Assembly: GCA_965235115.1 (NCBI GenBank)
Contig: OZ249446.1
Coordinates: 6,758,001 to 6,822,000 of the forward strand
Length of the DNA: 64,000 nt
DNA from: Laetmonice hystrix
Taxonomy: Eukaryota
Reading direction: 5' to 3'
Shown: piece after piece, positions 25,180 to 39,027 of the stretch
Position numbering within the stretch: position 1 is the first letter of the stretch
Layout: every line of letters starts with the position of its first letter
Notes under the pieces: model-generated
The model's input: only the letters and a program-made list of their open reading frames with translations
Told to the model about the DNA's origin: nothing
Database searches by the model: none
Program-made: the position numbers and the translations under genes

Positions 25180-28100
25180 TGGCATGTAAAAGATATAAAC
25201 AGTGAATGCCTATGGCGTTCAGTAGTCTAAGATGGTGCAACAGTTTGACAAGGTCGAAGGGTGCAGCAGACCATGATCAAGATAATTTCAGGGGAAGCAC
25301 ACAGTTCTTTAGCAAGTCCTGAGGACTCAAATTTCGTAATTAGGATGGTATTCAGCCAATTCACATCTGTAAGAATAATGGCATAGTCAGAAGCAGTCCC
25401 AAAGGGCACTGTAGAGTAAAAGAAATCATTATTTGATAAGGATAACGGTAAACGCCAGAAATATATGAAAAGAAGAGACCGGCTCCTGCCAAACCATCGC
25501 GAGTCTAAATGATTTAGTCCTTCCGTTATCAGCCCAAGGCTGAAGACATCAGTAGGGCTGGCAGCATATAAACATTCTAAGAGTTGAGGTGCAACCCCAT
25601 GAAAAACTAACCAGGACAATGAATGCCTATGGCATCCAGTAGAACGCAGTCCCAGCAGTTGCACAAAGGTTGAAGCCACCCGTACAGGGTGCAGCAGACT
25701 ATCATCAAGATGAATTCAGGCTAGGCAAGCAGTTCTTTGACAAGTCCTCAGGACTCGCAAAGTATTAATTAAGATGGCATTTAGCCGACTCAAGTTTCTC
25801 AGGAAAATGGCAGGCTGATATGCAGTCCCAAAGGGCACTGTAGATTAGAGGAAACAATTTTGATGAGGAGAACGGTAAACGGCAGATATATTAGAACAAA
25901 AGAGATTAGATAGTGCCCAACCATCGCGAGTCTAAAGCATTTTAGTAGTTATCAGCAAGGCTGAAGATATCATTAGTGTTGACAGTAGATAGGAAATCTG
26001 AAATTTAGCATGTAAAATACATAAAAAGCTAACTAGGACAGTGAATGCCTATGGCCTTCAGTAGAAGATAGTGTAACAGTTCGACAAGGTCGAATGGTAC
26101 AGCAGACGACCATCAAGATAAATTCAGGGGAAGCACACAGTTATTTAGCAAGTCCCGAGGACTCAAATTTTGTACTTAGGAGGGTGCTCTGCCAATTGCA
26201 CTCTGTAAGAAAAATGGCACAGCCAGAAGCAGTCCCAAAGGGCACTGTAGAGTAGAGGAAATCATTTGGATAAGGATAACGGTAAACGCCAGAATTATAT
26301 GAACAGAAGAGATTGGCTCATGCCCTACCATAATGGGTCTAAATGATTTAGTCCCTCCATTATCAGCCCAAGGCTGAAGACATCAGTAGGGCTGGCAGCA
26401 TATAGAAATTCTGAGAGTTGGAGTAGAATGCAGTTCCAGCAGTTCTACAAAGGTTGAAGGCACCTGTACAGGGTGCAGAAGACAATCATCAAGATAAATT
26501 GAGGCTAAGCAAGCAGTTCTTAGACAAGTCCTGAGGACTCGCAAAGTATTAATTAAGATGACATTTAGCCGACTCAAGTTTCTCAGGAAAATGGCAGGGT
26601 GATAAGCAGTCCCAAAGGGCACTGTAGATTAGAAGAAAAAATTTTCATAAGGAGAACGCTATACGTCAGATATATTAGAACAGAAGAGATTATATAGTGC
26701 CCAACCATCGCTAGTCTAAAGGATTTAGTCCGTCAGCTATCAGCCCAAGGCTGAAGACATCAGTAGGGTTGACAGCATAGAGACATTCTGAGAAATGGCA
26801 TGTAAAATAGACGAAAAACTAACCAGGACAATGAACGCCTATGGCATCCAGTAGAATGCAGTCCAAACAGTTCCACAAAGGTTGAAGGCACCCATACAGG
26901 GTGCAGCAGACTAACATCAGTATACTTTAAGGTTTAGCAGAAAATTATTTGGCAAGTCCTGAGGACTCAAAAAGTATTAATTAACATGGTGTTCAGCCGA
27001 ATCAAGTCTGACAGACTTGGCATAATGAGAAGCAGTCCCAAAGGGCACTGTAGATTAGAAGAAACAATTTCAATAACGAGAAGGTAAATGCCAGAGATAT
27101 TAAAAGAGAAGAGATTGGATAGTGTCCAACGATCACGGGTCTAAAGCATTTTAGACCCTCAGTTATCAGCCAAAGTCTGAAGACATCAGTGGTGGTGTGA
27201 GCAGATAGGAATTCGGAGAGTTGGCATGTAAAAGACATAAAAAGCTAACCAAAACAGTGGATGCCTATGGCGTTCAGTAGTCTAAGATGGTGCAACAGTT
27301 CGACAAGATCGAAGGGTGCAGCAGACCATGATCAAGATAATTTCAGGGGAAGCACACAGTTCTTTCGCAAGTCCCGAGGACTCAAATTTCGTAATTAGGA
27401 TGGTGTTCAGCCAATTCACATCTGTAAGAATAATGGCATAGTCAGAAGCAGTCCCAAAGGGCACTGTAGAGTAAAAGAAATCATTATTTGATAAGGATAA
27501 CGGTAAACGCCAGAAATATATGAAAAGAAGAGACCGGCTCCTGCCAAACCATCGCGAGTCTAAACGATTTAGTCCCTCCGTTATCAGCCCAAGGCTGAAG
27601 ACATCAGTAGGGCTGGCAGCATATAAACATTCTAAGAGTTGAGGTGCAACCCCATGAAAAACTAACCAGGACAATGAATGCCTATGGCATCCAGTAGAAC
27701 GCAGTCCCAGCAGTTGCACAAAGGTTGAAGCCACCCGTACAGGGTGCAGCAGACTATCATCAAGATGAATTCAGGCTAGGCAAGCAGTTCTTTGACAAGT
27801 CCTCAGGACTCGCAAAGTATTAATTAAGATAGCATTTAGCTGACTCAAGTTTCTCAGGAAAATGGCAGGCTGATATGCAGTCCCAAAGGGCACTGTAGAT
27901 TAGAGGAAACAATTTTGATGAGGAGAATGGTAAACGGCAGATATATTAGAACAAAAGAGATTAGATAGTGCCCAACCATCGCGAGTCTAAAGCATTTTAG
28001 TAGTTATCAGCAAGGCTGAAGATATCATTAGTGTTGACAGCAGATAGGAATTCTGAAATTTGGCATGTAAAATACATAAAAAGCTAACTAGGACAGTGAA

Positions 28101-30700
28101 TGCCTATGGCCTTCAGTAGAATATAGTGTAACAGTTCGACAAGGTCGAAGGGTACAGCAGACGATCATCAAGATAAATTCAGGGGAAGCACACAGTTATT
28201 TAGCAAGTCCCGAGGACTCAAATTTTATACTGAGGATGGTGCTCTGCCAATTGAACTCTGTAAGAAAAATGGCACAGCCAGAAGCAGTCCCAAAGGGCAC
28301 TGTAGAGTAGAGGAAATCATTCGGATAAGGATAACGGTAAACGCCAGAATTATATGAACAGAAGAGATTGCCTCATGCCCTACCATAATTGGTCTAAATG
28401 ATTTAGTCCCTCCATTATCAGCCCAAGGCTGAAGACATCAGTAGGGCTGGCAGCATATAAAAAATTCTGAGAGTTGGAGTAGAATGCAGTCCCAGCAGTT
28501 CTACAAAGGTTGAAGGCACCCGTACAGGGTGCAGAAGACAATCATCAAGATAAATTGAGGCTAAGCAAGCAGTTCTTTGACAAGTCCTGAGGACTCGCAA
28601 AGTATTAATTAAGATGACATTTAGCCGACTCAAGTTTCTCAGGAAAATTGCAGGGTGATAAGCAGTCCCAAAGGGCACTGTAGATTAGAAGAAACAATTT
28701 TCATAAGGAGAACGCTATACGCCAGATATATTAGAACAGAAGAGATTATATAGTGCCCAATCATCGCTAGTCTAAAGGATTTAGTCCGTCAGCTATCAGC
28801 CCAAGGCTGAAGACATCAGTAGGGTTGACAGCATAGAGACATTCTGAGAAATGGCATGTAAAATACACGAAAAACTAACCAGGACAATGAACGCCTATGG
28901 CATCCAGTAGAATGCAGTCCCAACAGTTCCACAAAGGTTTAAGGCACCCATACAGGGTGCAGCAGACTAACATCAGTATACTTTAAGGTTTAGCAGAAAA
29001 TTATTTGGCAAGTCCTGAGGACTCAAAAAGTATCAATTAACATGGTGTTCAGCCGAATCAAGTCTGACAGACTTGGCACAATGAGAAGCAGTCCCAAAGG
29101 GCACTGTAGATTAGAAGAAACAATTTCAGTAACGAGAAAGTAAATGCCAGATATATTAAAAGAGAAGAGATTGGATAGTGTCCAATGATCACGGGTCTAA
29201 AGCATTTTAGACCCTCAGTTATCAGCCAAAGGCTGAAGACATCAGTGGTGGTGTGAGCAGATAGGAATTCGGAGAGTTGGCACGTAAAAGACATAAAAAG
29301 CTAACCAAAACAGTGAATGCCTATGGCGTTCAGTAGTCTAAGATGGTGTTAACAGTTCGACAAGGTCGAAGGGTGCAGCAGACCATGATCAAGATAATTT
29401 CAGGGGAAGCACACGGTTCTTTAGCAAGTCCCGAGGACTCAAATTTCGTAATTAGGATGGTGTTCAGCCAATTCACATCTGTAAGAATAATGGTATAGTC
29501 AGAAGCAGTCCCAAAGGGCACTGTAGAGTAAAATAAATCATTATTTGATAAGGATAACGGTAAACGCCAGAAATATATGAAAAGAAGAGACCGGCTCCTG
29601 CCGAACCATCGCGAGTCTAAATGATTTAGTCCCTCCGTTATCAGCCCAAGGCTGAAGACATCAGTAGGGCTGGCAGCATATAAACATTCTAAGAGTTGAG
29701 GTGCAACGCCATGAAAAACTAACCAGGACAATGAATGCCTATGGCATCCAGTAGAACGCAGTCCCAGCAGTTGCACAAAGCTTGAAGGCACCCGTACAGG
29801 GTGCATGTACGGGTGCAGAAGACAATCATCAAGATGCATGATGAGGAGAACGGTAAACGGCAGATATATTAGAACAAAAGAGATTAGATAGTGCCCAACC
29901 ATCGCGAGTCTAAAGCATTTTAGTAGTTATCAGCAAGGCTGAAGATATCATTAGTGTTGACAGCAGATAGGAATTCTGAAATTTGGCATGTAAAATACAT
30001 AAAAAGGTAACTAGGACAGTGAATGCCTATGGCCTTCAGTAGAAGATAGTGTAACAGTTCGACAAGGTCGAAGGGTACAGCAGACGATCATCAAGATAAA
30101 TTCAGGGGAAGCACACAGTTATTTAGCAAGTCCTGAGGACTCAAATTTTGTACTTAGGATGGTGCTCTGCCAATTGAACTCTGTAAGAAAAATGGCACAG
30201 CCAGAAGCAGTCCCAAAGGGCACTGTAGAGTAGAGGAAATCATTTGGATAAGGATAACGGTAATTATTAGAATTATATGAACAGAAGAGATTGGCTCATG
30301 CCCTACCATAATGGGTCTAAATGATTTAGTCCCTCCATTATCAGCCCAAGGCTGAAGACATCAGTAGGGCTGGCAGCATATAGAAATTCTGAGAGTTGGA
30401 GTAGAATGCAGTTCCAGCAGTTCTACAAAGGTTGAAGGCACCTGTACAGGGTGCAGAAGACAATCATCAAGATAAATTGAGGCTAAGCAAGCAGTTCTTA
30501 GACAAGTCCTGAGGACTCGCAAAGTATTAATTAAGATGACATTTAGCCGACTCAAGTTTCTCAGGAAAATGGCAGGGTGATAAGCAGTCCCAAAGGGCAC
30601 TGTAGATTAGAATAAACAATTTTGATAAGGAGAACGCTATATGCCAAATATATTAGAACAGAAAAGATTAGATAGTGCCCAACCATCGCGAGTCTAAAGG
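25180..30700. repeat. Higher-order repeat domain A: 5-monomer unit, 2055-2056 bp, about 2.7 copies (third copy with an internal deletion near 29.8 kb)
   Basis: Near-identical ORF-track peptides at 25227/27282 and 27002/29058; anchors approx. 25393-27448-29504 and 26606-28661. Confidence 0.9.
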
Positions 30701-33499
30701 ATTTAGTCCCTCAGCTATCAGCCCAAGGCTAAAGACGTCAGCAGGGTTGACAGCATAGAGAAATTCTTAGAAATGGCATGTAAAATACACGAAAAACTAA
30801 CCAGGACAATGAACGCCTATGGCATCCAGAAGAATGCAGTCCCAACAATTCCACACATGTCAAAGGCACCCGTACAGGGTGCAACAGACTAACATCAATA
30901 TACTTTAAGGTTTAGCAGAAATTTTTTTGGCAAGTCCTGAGGACTCGCAAAGTATTAATTAAGATGACATTTAGGCGACTCAAGTTTCACAGGAAAATGG
31001 CAGGGTGATAAGCAGTCCCAAAGGGCACTGTAGATTAGAGGAAACAATTTTGATAGGGAGAACGGTAAATGGTAGATATATTAGAACAGAAGAGATTATA
31101 TAGTGCCCAACCATCGCGAGTCTAAAGGATTTAGTCCCTCAGCTATCAGCCCAAGGCTGAAGACATCTGTAGGGTTGACAGCATAGGAATTCTGGGAAAT
31201 GGCATGTAAAATACACGAAAAACTAACCAGGTCTGAGGACAATGAATGCCTATGGCATCCAGTAGAATGGAGTCCCAACAGTTCCGCAAAGGTTAAAGGC
31301 ACCCATACAGGGTGCAGCAGACTAACATCAATATAGCAGAAAATTATTTGGCAAGTCCTGAGGACTCAAAAAGTATTAATTAGCATGGTGTTCAGCCGAA
31401 TCAAGTCTGACAGACTTGGCACAATGAGAAGCAGTCCCAAAGGGCTCTGTAGAATAGAAGAAACAATTTCAATAACGAGAAGGTAAACGCCAGAGATATT
31501 AAAAGAGAACAGATTGAATAGTGTCCAACGATCATGGGTTTAAAGCATTTTAGTGCCTCAGTTATCAGCCCAAGGCTGACGACATCAGTAGGGTTGATAG
31601 CGTAGCAATTCTGAAAATTGGTGTGTAAAATGCATGAAAAATTAACCAGGACAATGTACGCCTATGGCATCCAGTAGAATGCACTCCCACAGTTCAGCAA
31701 AAGTTGAAGGCACGCGTCCAGAGTGCAGCATACCATCAAGATAAATTCCGGCTGAGCACGCAGTTCTTTGGCAAGTCCTGAGGACTCAAATTTTGTAGTT
31801 TAAATGGTGTTCAGCCAATTTAAATCTGTACGAAAAATGGCATGGTAAAAGGCAGTCCCAAAGAGCACTGTAGAATAGAAAAAACAATTTTGATAGGGGT
31901 AACGATCAATGCCAAAGATAATAGAACAGTTCTGAGAAATTGGCTAGTACTCTTCCTTCGTGAGTCTAAAGGATTTAGTCCCTCCGTTATCAGCCCAAGG
32001 CTGAAGACATCAGTAGGGTTGACAGCATAGGAATTCTGAGAGTTAGCGTGTAAAATACATAAAAAGCCACCCAGGACAGTGAATGCCTATGGCGTTCAGT
32101 AGAATGCAGTCCCACAGTTCCGCAAAGGTTGAAGGCACGCGTACAGAGTGCAGCAGGCCATCATCAAAATAAATTCAGGCAAAGCACGCAGTTCTTTAGC
32201 AAGTCCCAAGGACTCAAATTTTGTACTTAGGATGGTGTTCATCCCATTCAAGTCTGTAAGAAAATAGCGTGGTAAGAAGCAGTCCCAAAGGGCACTATAG
32301 TATAGACGAAAACAGTTTCTGTAATGATAACAGTAAATGCCAGAGATATTAGAACCGTTCTAGGAGATTGGTTAGTAGTGCTCATCCATCGTGAGTCTAA
32401 AGGATTTAGTCCCTCCGTTATCAGCCCGAGGTTGAAAACATCAGTAGGGTTGACAGCATAGCAATCTTGAGAGTTGGTTTGTAAAATACCGGTATATGAA
32501 AACTAACCAGGACAATGAACGCCTATGGCATCCAGTAGAATGCAGTCCCAACAGTTCCGCAAAGGTTGAAGGCACGCGTACAGGGTGCAGCAGACCATCA
32601 TCAAGATAAATTCAGGCTAAGCACAGAGTTCATTGGCAAGTCCCGAGGACAGAAATTGTGTAGGTAGGATGGTGTTCAGCCAATTCACATCTGTAAGAAA
32701 AATGGCACGATAAGAAGCAGTCCCAAAGGGCACTGTAGAATATAAGAAACAATTTTGATAAGCGTACAACGGCAGAAATATTAGAATAGAAGAGATTGGA
32801 TAATGGCCAACCATCGCGGGCCTAAAACATTTTAGTCCCTCAGTTATCAGCCTAAAGCTGAAGATATCAGTAGGGTTGGGAGCAAATAGGAATTCTGAGA
32901 GTTAGCGTGTAAAATACATAAAAAGCTAACCAGGACAGTGAATGCCTATGGCGTTCAGTAGAAGATAGTGCAACAGTTCGACAAGGTGAAAGGGTGCAGC
33001 AGACCATAATCAAGATAAATTCAGGCTAAGCACACAGTTCTTTGAAAAGTCCCAAGGACTCAAATTTTGTAGTTAGGATGGTGTTCGTCCAATTCAAATC
33101 TGTAAGAAAATGGCATGGTAAGAAACAGTCCCAAAGGGCACTGTAGAGTAGAAGAAACAATTTTGATAAGGATAAACGCCAGATATATTAGAACAGTTCT
33201 AAGAGATTGAAGAGTGCCCAACCATCACGAGTCTAAAGCATTAGTCCCTCAGTTATCAGTTCAAGGCTGAAGACATCACTACGGTTGACAGCATAGAGAA
33301 ATTCTGAGAAATGTAAAAATACACGAGAAATGTAAAATACACGAAGAACTGACAAGGACAATGAACGCATATGGCATCCAGTATAATGCAGTCCCAACAG
33401 TTCCACAAAGGTCTCATGCACTCGTCCAGGGCGCAGCAGGCCAATCATGAAGATAAATTCAGGCTGAGCATACAGTTCTTTGGCAAGTCCCGAGGACTC

Positions 33500-36450
33500 A
33501 AATTAGTAGTTAGGATGGTGTTCAGCCGATTCAAGTCTGTAAGAAAAATGGGATGGTAAGAGGCAGTCCCAAAGGGCACTGTAGAATAGAAGAAAGAATT
33601 TTGGTACCCATAACGGTTAACGCCAGAGATATTAGAACAGTTGTAAGAGATTGGCTAGTGCTCATTCATCGTGAGTCTAAAGTATTTAGTCCCTCCGTTA
33701 TCAGCCCAAGTCTGAAGACATCAGTAGGGTTGACAGCATACCAATTCTGCGAGTTGGTGTGTAAAATGCATGCAAAACTAACCAGGAAAATGAACGCCTA
33801 TGGCATCCAGTAGAATGCAGTCCCACAGTTCTGGAAAGGTTGAAGGCACGCATACAGAGTGCAGCAGACCATCATCAAGATAAATTCAGGCTAGGCAGAC
33901 AGTTCTTTGGCAAGTCCTGAGGACTCAAATTTTGTAGTTAAGATGGTGTTCGGCCAATTTAAATCTGTAAGAAAAAGGGCATGGTAAGAAGCAGTCCCAA
34001 AGGGCACTGTAGAATAGAAGAAACACTTTTGATAAGCGTAACGATAAACGCCCGAGATATTAGAATAAAAGAGATTGGATAATGGCCAACCATCGCGGGC
34101 CTAAAACATTTTAGTCCCTCAGTTATCAGCCAAAAGCTGAAGATATTAGTAGGGTTGGCAGCAAATAGGAATTCTGAGAGTTAGCGTGTAAAATACATAA
34201 AAAGCTAACCAGGATACAGTGAATGCCTATGGCGTTCAATAGAAGATAGTGCAACAGTTCCACAAGGTGAAAGGCTACAGCAGGCCGTCATCAAGATAAA
34301 TTTAGGGAAAGCACACAGTTATTTAGCAAGTCCCGAGGGCTCAAATTTTGTAGTTAGGATGGTACTCATCCCATTGAAGTCTGTAAGAAAATGGCATAGA
34401 AAGAAGCAGTCCCAAAGGGCACTGTAGTATAGACGAAAACAGTTTCTGTAAGGATAACAAGAAATGCCAGAGATATTAGAACCGTTCTAAGAGATTGGCT
34501 AGTGCTCATCCATCGTGAGTCTAAAGTATTTAGTCCCTCCGTTATCAGCCCAAGGCTGAAGACATCAGTATGGTTGACAGCATAGAGGAATTCTGAGAAA
34601 TGTAAAAATATACGAGAAATGTAAAATACACGAAGAACTGACAAGGACAATGAACGCCTATGGCATCCAGTATAATGCAGTCCCAACAGTTCCACAAAGG
34701 TCTCATGCACTCGTCCAGGGCGCAGCAGGCCAGTCATCAAGATAAATTCAGGCTGAGCATACAGTTCTGTGGCAAGTCCTGAGGACTCAAATTACCAGTG
34801 GTAGTTAGGATGGTGTTCAGCCGATTCAAGTCTGTAAGAAAAATGGGATGGTAAGAGGCAGTCCCAAAGGGCACTGTAGAATAGAAGAAAGAATTTTGGT
34901 ACCCATAACGGTTAACGCCAGAGATATTAGAACAGTTCTGAGTGATTGGCTAGTGCTCATCCATCGTGAGTCTAAAGTATTTAGTCCCTCTGTTATCAGC
35001 CCAAGGCTGAAGACATCAGTAGGGTTGACAGCATAGCAATTCTAAGAATTGGTGTGTAAAATGCATGAAAAACTAACCAGGAAAATGAACGCCTATGGCA
35101 TCCAGTAGAATGCAGTCCCACAGTTCCGGAAAGGTTGAAGGCACGCATACAGAGTGCAGCAGACCATCATCAAGATAAATTCAGGCTAGGCAGACAGTTC
35201 TTTGGCAAGTCCTGAGGACTCAAATTTTGTAGTTAAGATGGTGTTCGGCCAATTTAAATCTGTAAGAAAAAGGGCATGGTAAGAAGCAGTCCCAAAGGGC
35301 ACTGTAGAATAGAAGAAACACTTTTGATAAGCGTAACGATAAACGCCCGAGATATTAGAATAAAAGAGATTGGATAATGGCCAACCATCGCGGGCCTAAA
35401 ACATTTTAGTCCCTCAGTTATCAGCCAAAAGCTGAAGATATTAGTAGGGTTGGCAGCAAATAGGAATTCTGAGAGTTAGCGTGTAAAATACATAAAAAGC
35501 TAACCAGGATACAGTGAATGCCTATGGCGTTCAATAGAAGATAGTGCAACAGTTCCACAAGGTGAAAGGCTACAGCAGGCCGTCATCAAGATAAATTTAG
35601 GGAAAGCACACAGTTATTTAGCAAGTCCCGAGGGCTCAAATTTTGTAGTTAGGATGGTACTCATCCCATTGAAGTCTGTAAGAAAATGGCATAGAAAGAA
35701 GCAGTCCCAAAGGGCACTGTAGTATAGACGAAAACAGTTTCTGTAAGGATAACAAGAAATGCCAGAGATATTAGAACCGTTCTAAGAGATTGGCTAGTGC
35801 TCATCCATCGTGAGTCTAAAGTATTTAGTCCCTCCGTTATCAGCCCAAGGCTGAAGACATCAGTATGGTTGACAGCATAGAGGAATTCTGAGAAATGTAA
35901 AAATATACGAGAAATGTAAAATACACGAAGAACTGACAAGGACAATGAACGCCTATGGCATCCAGTATAATGCAGTCCCAACAGTTCCACAAAGGTCTCA
36001 TGCACTCGTCCAGGGCGCAGCAGGCCAGTCATCAAGATAAATTCAGGCTGAGCATACAGTTCTGTGGCAAGTCCTGAGGACTCAAATTACCAGTGGTAGT
36101 TAGGATGGTGTTCAGCCGATTCAAGTCTGTAAGAAAAATGGGATGGTAAGAGGCAGTCCCAAAGGGCACTGTAAAATATAAGAAACAATTTTGGTAGCCA
36201 TAACGGTTAACGCCAGAGATATTAGAACAGTTCTGAGTGATTGGCTAGTGCTCATCCATCGTGAGTCTAAAGTATTTAGTCCCTCTGTTATCAGCCCAAG
36301 GCTGAAGACATCAGTAGGGTTGACAGCATAGCAATTCTAAGAATTGGTGTGTAAAATGCATGAAAAACTAACCAGGACAATGAATGCCTATGGCATCCAG
36401 TAGAATGCAGTCCCACAGTTCTGCAAAGGTTGAAGGCACGCGTACAGAGT
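33500..36450. repeat. Higher-order repeat domain B: 3-monomer unit, 1295 bp, just over 2 copies
   Basis: Identical 124-aa ORFs at 34366 and 35661 (offset 1295); anchors approx. 33563-34858-36153. Confidence 0.9.
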
Positions 36451-38443
36451 GCAGCAGACCATCATCAAGATAAATTCAGGCTAGGCACACAGTTCTTTGG
36501 CAAGTCCTGAGGACTCGCATTTTGTAGTTAAGATGGTGTTCGGCCAATTCAAATCTGTAAGAAAACTGGGATGGTAAGTGGCAGTCCCAACGGGCACTGT
36601 AAAATAGAAGAAACAATTTTGATAAGGGTAAAGGTAGACGCCAGAGATATTAGACCAGTTCTAAGAGATTGGATAGTGCCCAACCATCACGAGTCTAAAG
36701 CATTTAGTCCCTCCGTTATGAGCCCAAGGCTGAAGATATCAGTAGGGTTGACAGCATAGAGGAATTCTGAGAAATGTAAAAATAAACGAGAAATGTAAAA
36801 TACACGAAGAACTGACTAAGTCAATGAACGCCTATGGCATCCAGTATAATGCAGTCCCAACAGTTCCATAAAGGTCTCATGCACTCGTCCTGGGCGTAGC
36901 AGGCCATCATCAAGATAAATTCAGCCACAGCACACAGTTCTTTGGCAAGTCCCGAGGACTCAAATTAGTAGTTAGGATGGTGTTCAGCTGATTCAAGTCA
37001 GTAAGAAAAATGGCATGGTAAGAGGCAGTACCAAAGGGCACTGTAGAATATAAGAAACAATTTTGGTACCCATAACGGTTAACGCCAGAGATATTAGAAC
37101 CGTTCTAAGAGATTGGCTAGTGCTCATCCATCGTGAGTCTAAAGTATTTAGTCCCTCCGTTATTAGCCCAAGCCTGAAGACATCAGTAGGGTTGACAGCA
37201 TAGAGGAATTCTGAGAAATGTAAAAATATACGAGAAATGTAAAATACGCAAAGAACTGGCAAGGACAATGAACGCCTATGGCATCCAGTATAATGCAGTC
37301 CCAACAGTTTCACAAAGGTCTCATGCACTCGTCCAGGGTGCAGCAGGCCAATCATCAAGATAAATTCAGGCTGAGCATACAGTTCTGTGGCAAGTCCCAA
37401 GGGCTCAAATTACCAGTGGTAGTTAGGATGGTGTTCAGCCGATTCAAGTCTGTAAGAAAAATGGCATGGTAAGGGCACTGTAGAGTAGAAGAAACAATGT
37501 TGGTACCCACAACGGTTAACGCCAGAGATATTAGAACAGTTGTAAGAGATTGGCTAGTGCTCATCCATCGTGAGTCTAAAGTATTTAGTCCCTCCGTTAT
37601 CAGCCCAAGGCTGAAGACATCAGTAGGGTTGACAGCATAGCAATTCTGAGAGTTGGTGTGTAAAATACACGAAAAACTAACCAGGACAATGAACGCCTAT
37701 GGCATCCAGTAGAATGCAGTCCCACAGTTCCGGAAAGGTTGAAGGCACGCGTACAGAGTGCAGCAGGCCATCATCAAGATAAATTCAGGCTAGGCACACA
37801 GTTCTTTGGCAAGTCCCGAGGACTCAAATTTTGTAGTTATGGTGGTGTTTAGCCAATTCAAATCTGTAAGAAAAAGGGCATGGTTAGAAGCAGTCCCAAA
37901 GGGCACTGTAGAATAGAAGAAACACTTTTGATAAGCGTAACGATAAACGCCCGAGATATTAGAATAAAAGAGATTGGATAATGGCCAACCATCGTGGATC
38001 TAAAGCATTTCGTCCCTCAGTTATCAGGCAAAAGCTGAAGATATCAGTAGGGTTGGCAGCAAATAGGAATTCTGACAGTTAGCGTGTAAAATACATAAAA
38101 AGCTAACCAGGACAGTGAATGCCTATGGCGTTCAGTAGAAGATAGTACAACAGTTCCACAAGGTGAAAGGGTGCAGCAGACCATCATCAAGATAAATTCA
38201 GGCTAAGCACACAGTTCTTTGGCAAGTCCTGAGGACTCGCATTTTGTAGTTAAGATGGTGTTCGGCCAATTTAAATCTGTAAGAAAAAGTGCATGGTAAG
38301 AAGCAGTCCCAAAGGGCACTGTAGAATAGAAGAAACACTTTTGATAAGCGTAACGATAAACGCCCGAGATATTAGAATAAAAGAGATTGGATAATGGCCA
38401 ACCATCGCGGGCCTAAAACATTTTAGGCCCTCAGTTATCAGCC

Positions 38444-39027
38444 CATCCTCCCCCGCTCGGGCTTGAACTGCTGCAGTATAGCAGTTGATTCATCCCCTTC
38501 CCACCTGCCCGTCTATTCTTTGAAACGCGTTCCTCGCAGCTCCACCTGTTCTGCCGTCTGCGGCCGCGCCATGAGATTACACACTGCCTGAGGCCTGATT
38601 CATAAAAATTAGCGTGCATTTCTGGTTAGCCAATGGGAACGTTCCCACGGTAAAGTTGTTGTTGTCGAAGCGAAGCGTTGTCGAAGCGAAGCCAACGATA
38701 GCAGCAACGGGTAGGCATTTAATCCCGACACTATAGTGACAGTGAGAGGAACAACTTTGAGTTGACAGGGCTGCAAGAACACACACTATAACTAACTGTA
38801 TTGTTACGGAGCGACACATTTGTTTATCAGCCACCTGGGCAAGGCTATCAGGCATTTTTGCGAGAAGTAAGCCTTCAGTGTGGACGGCTTGTGCAGGTGG
38901 AGCGCCGATGACAGGTCCTATTGATATTCATAAGGTTGACCTCAGGGTCAACTTCCGCCCGGTTAGCATGGGCTGCGCTCAAGGGGTAGAATGCAGGATG
39001 CGCGATGCCCCTTGACAACTCAAGATA
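38444..39027. mobile_element. 584-bp unclassified insertion inside the array with a 9-bp TSD
   Basis: TTATCAGCC at 38435-38443 and 39028-39036; the monomer resumes in register after the insert; no clear TIR or poly-A. Confidence 0.75.
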
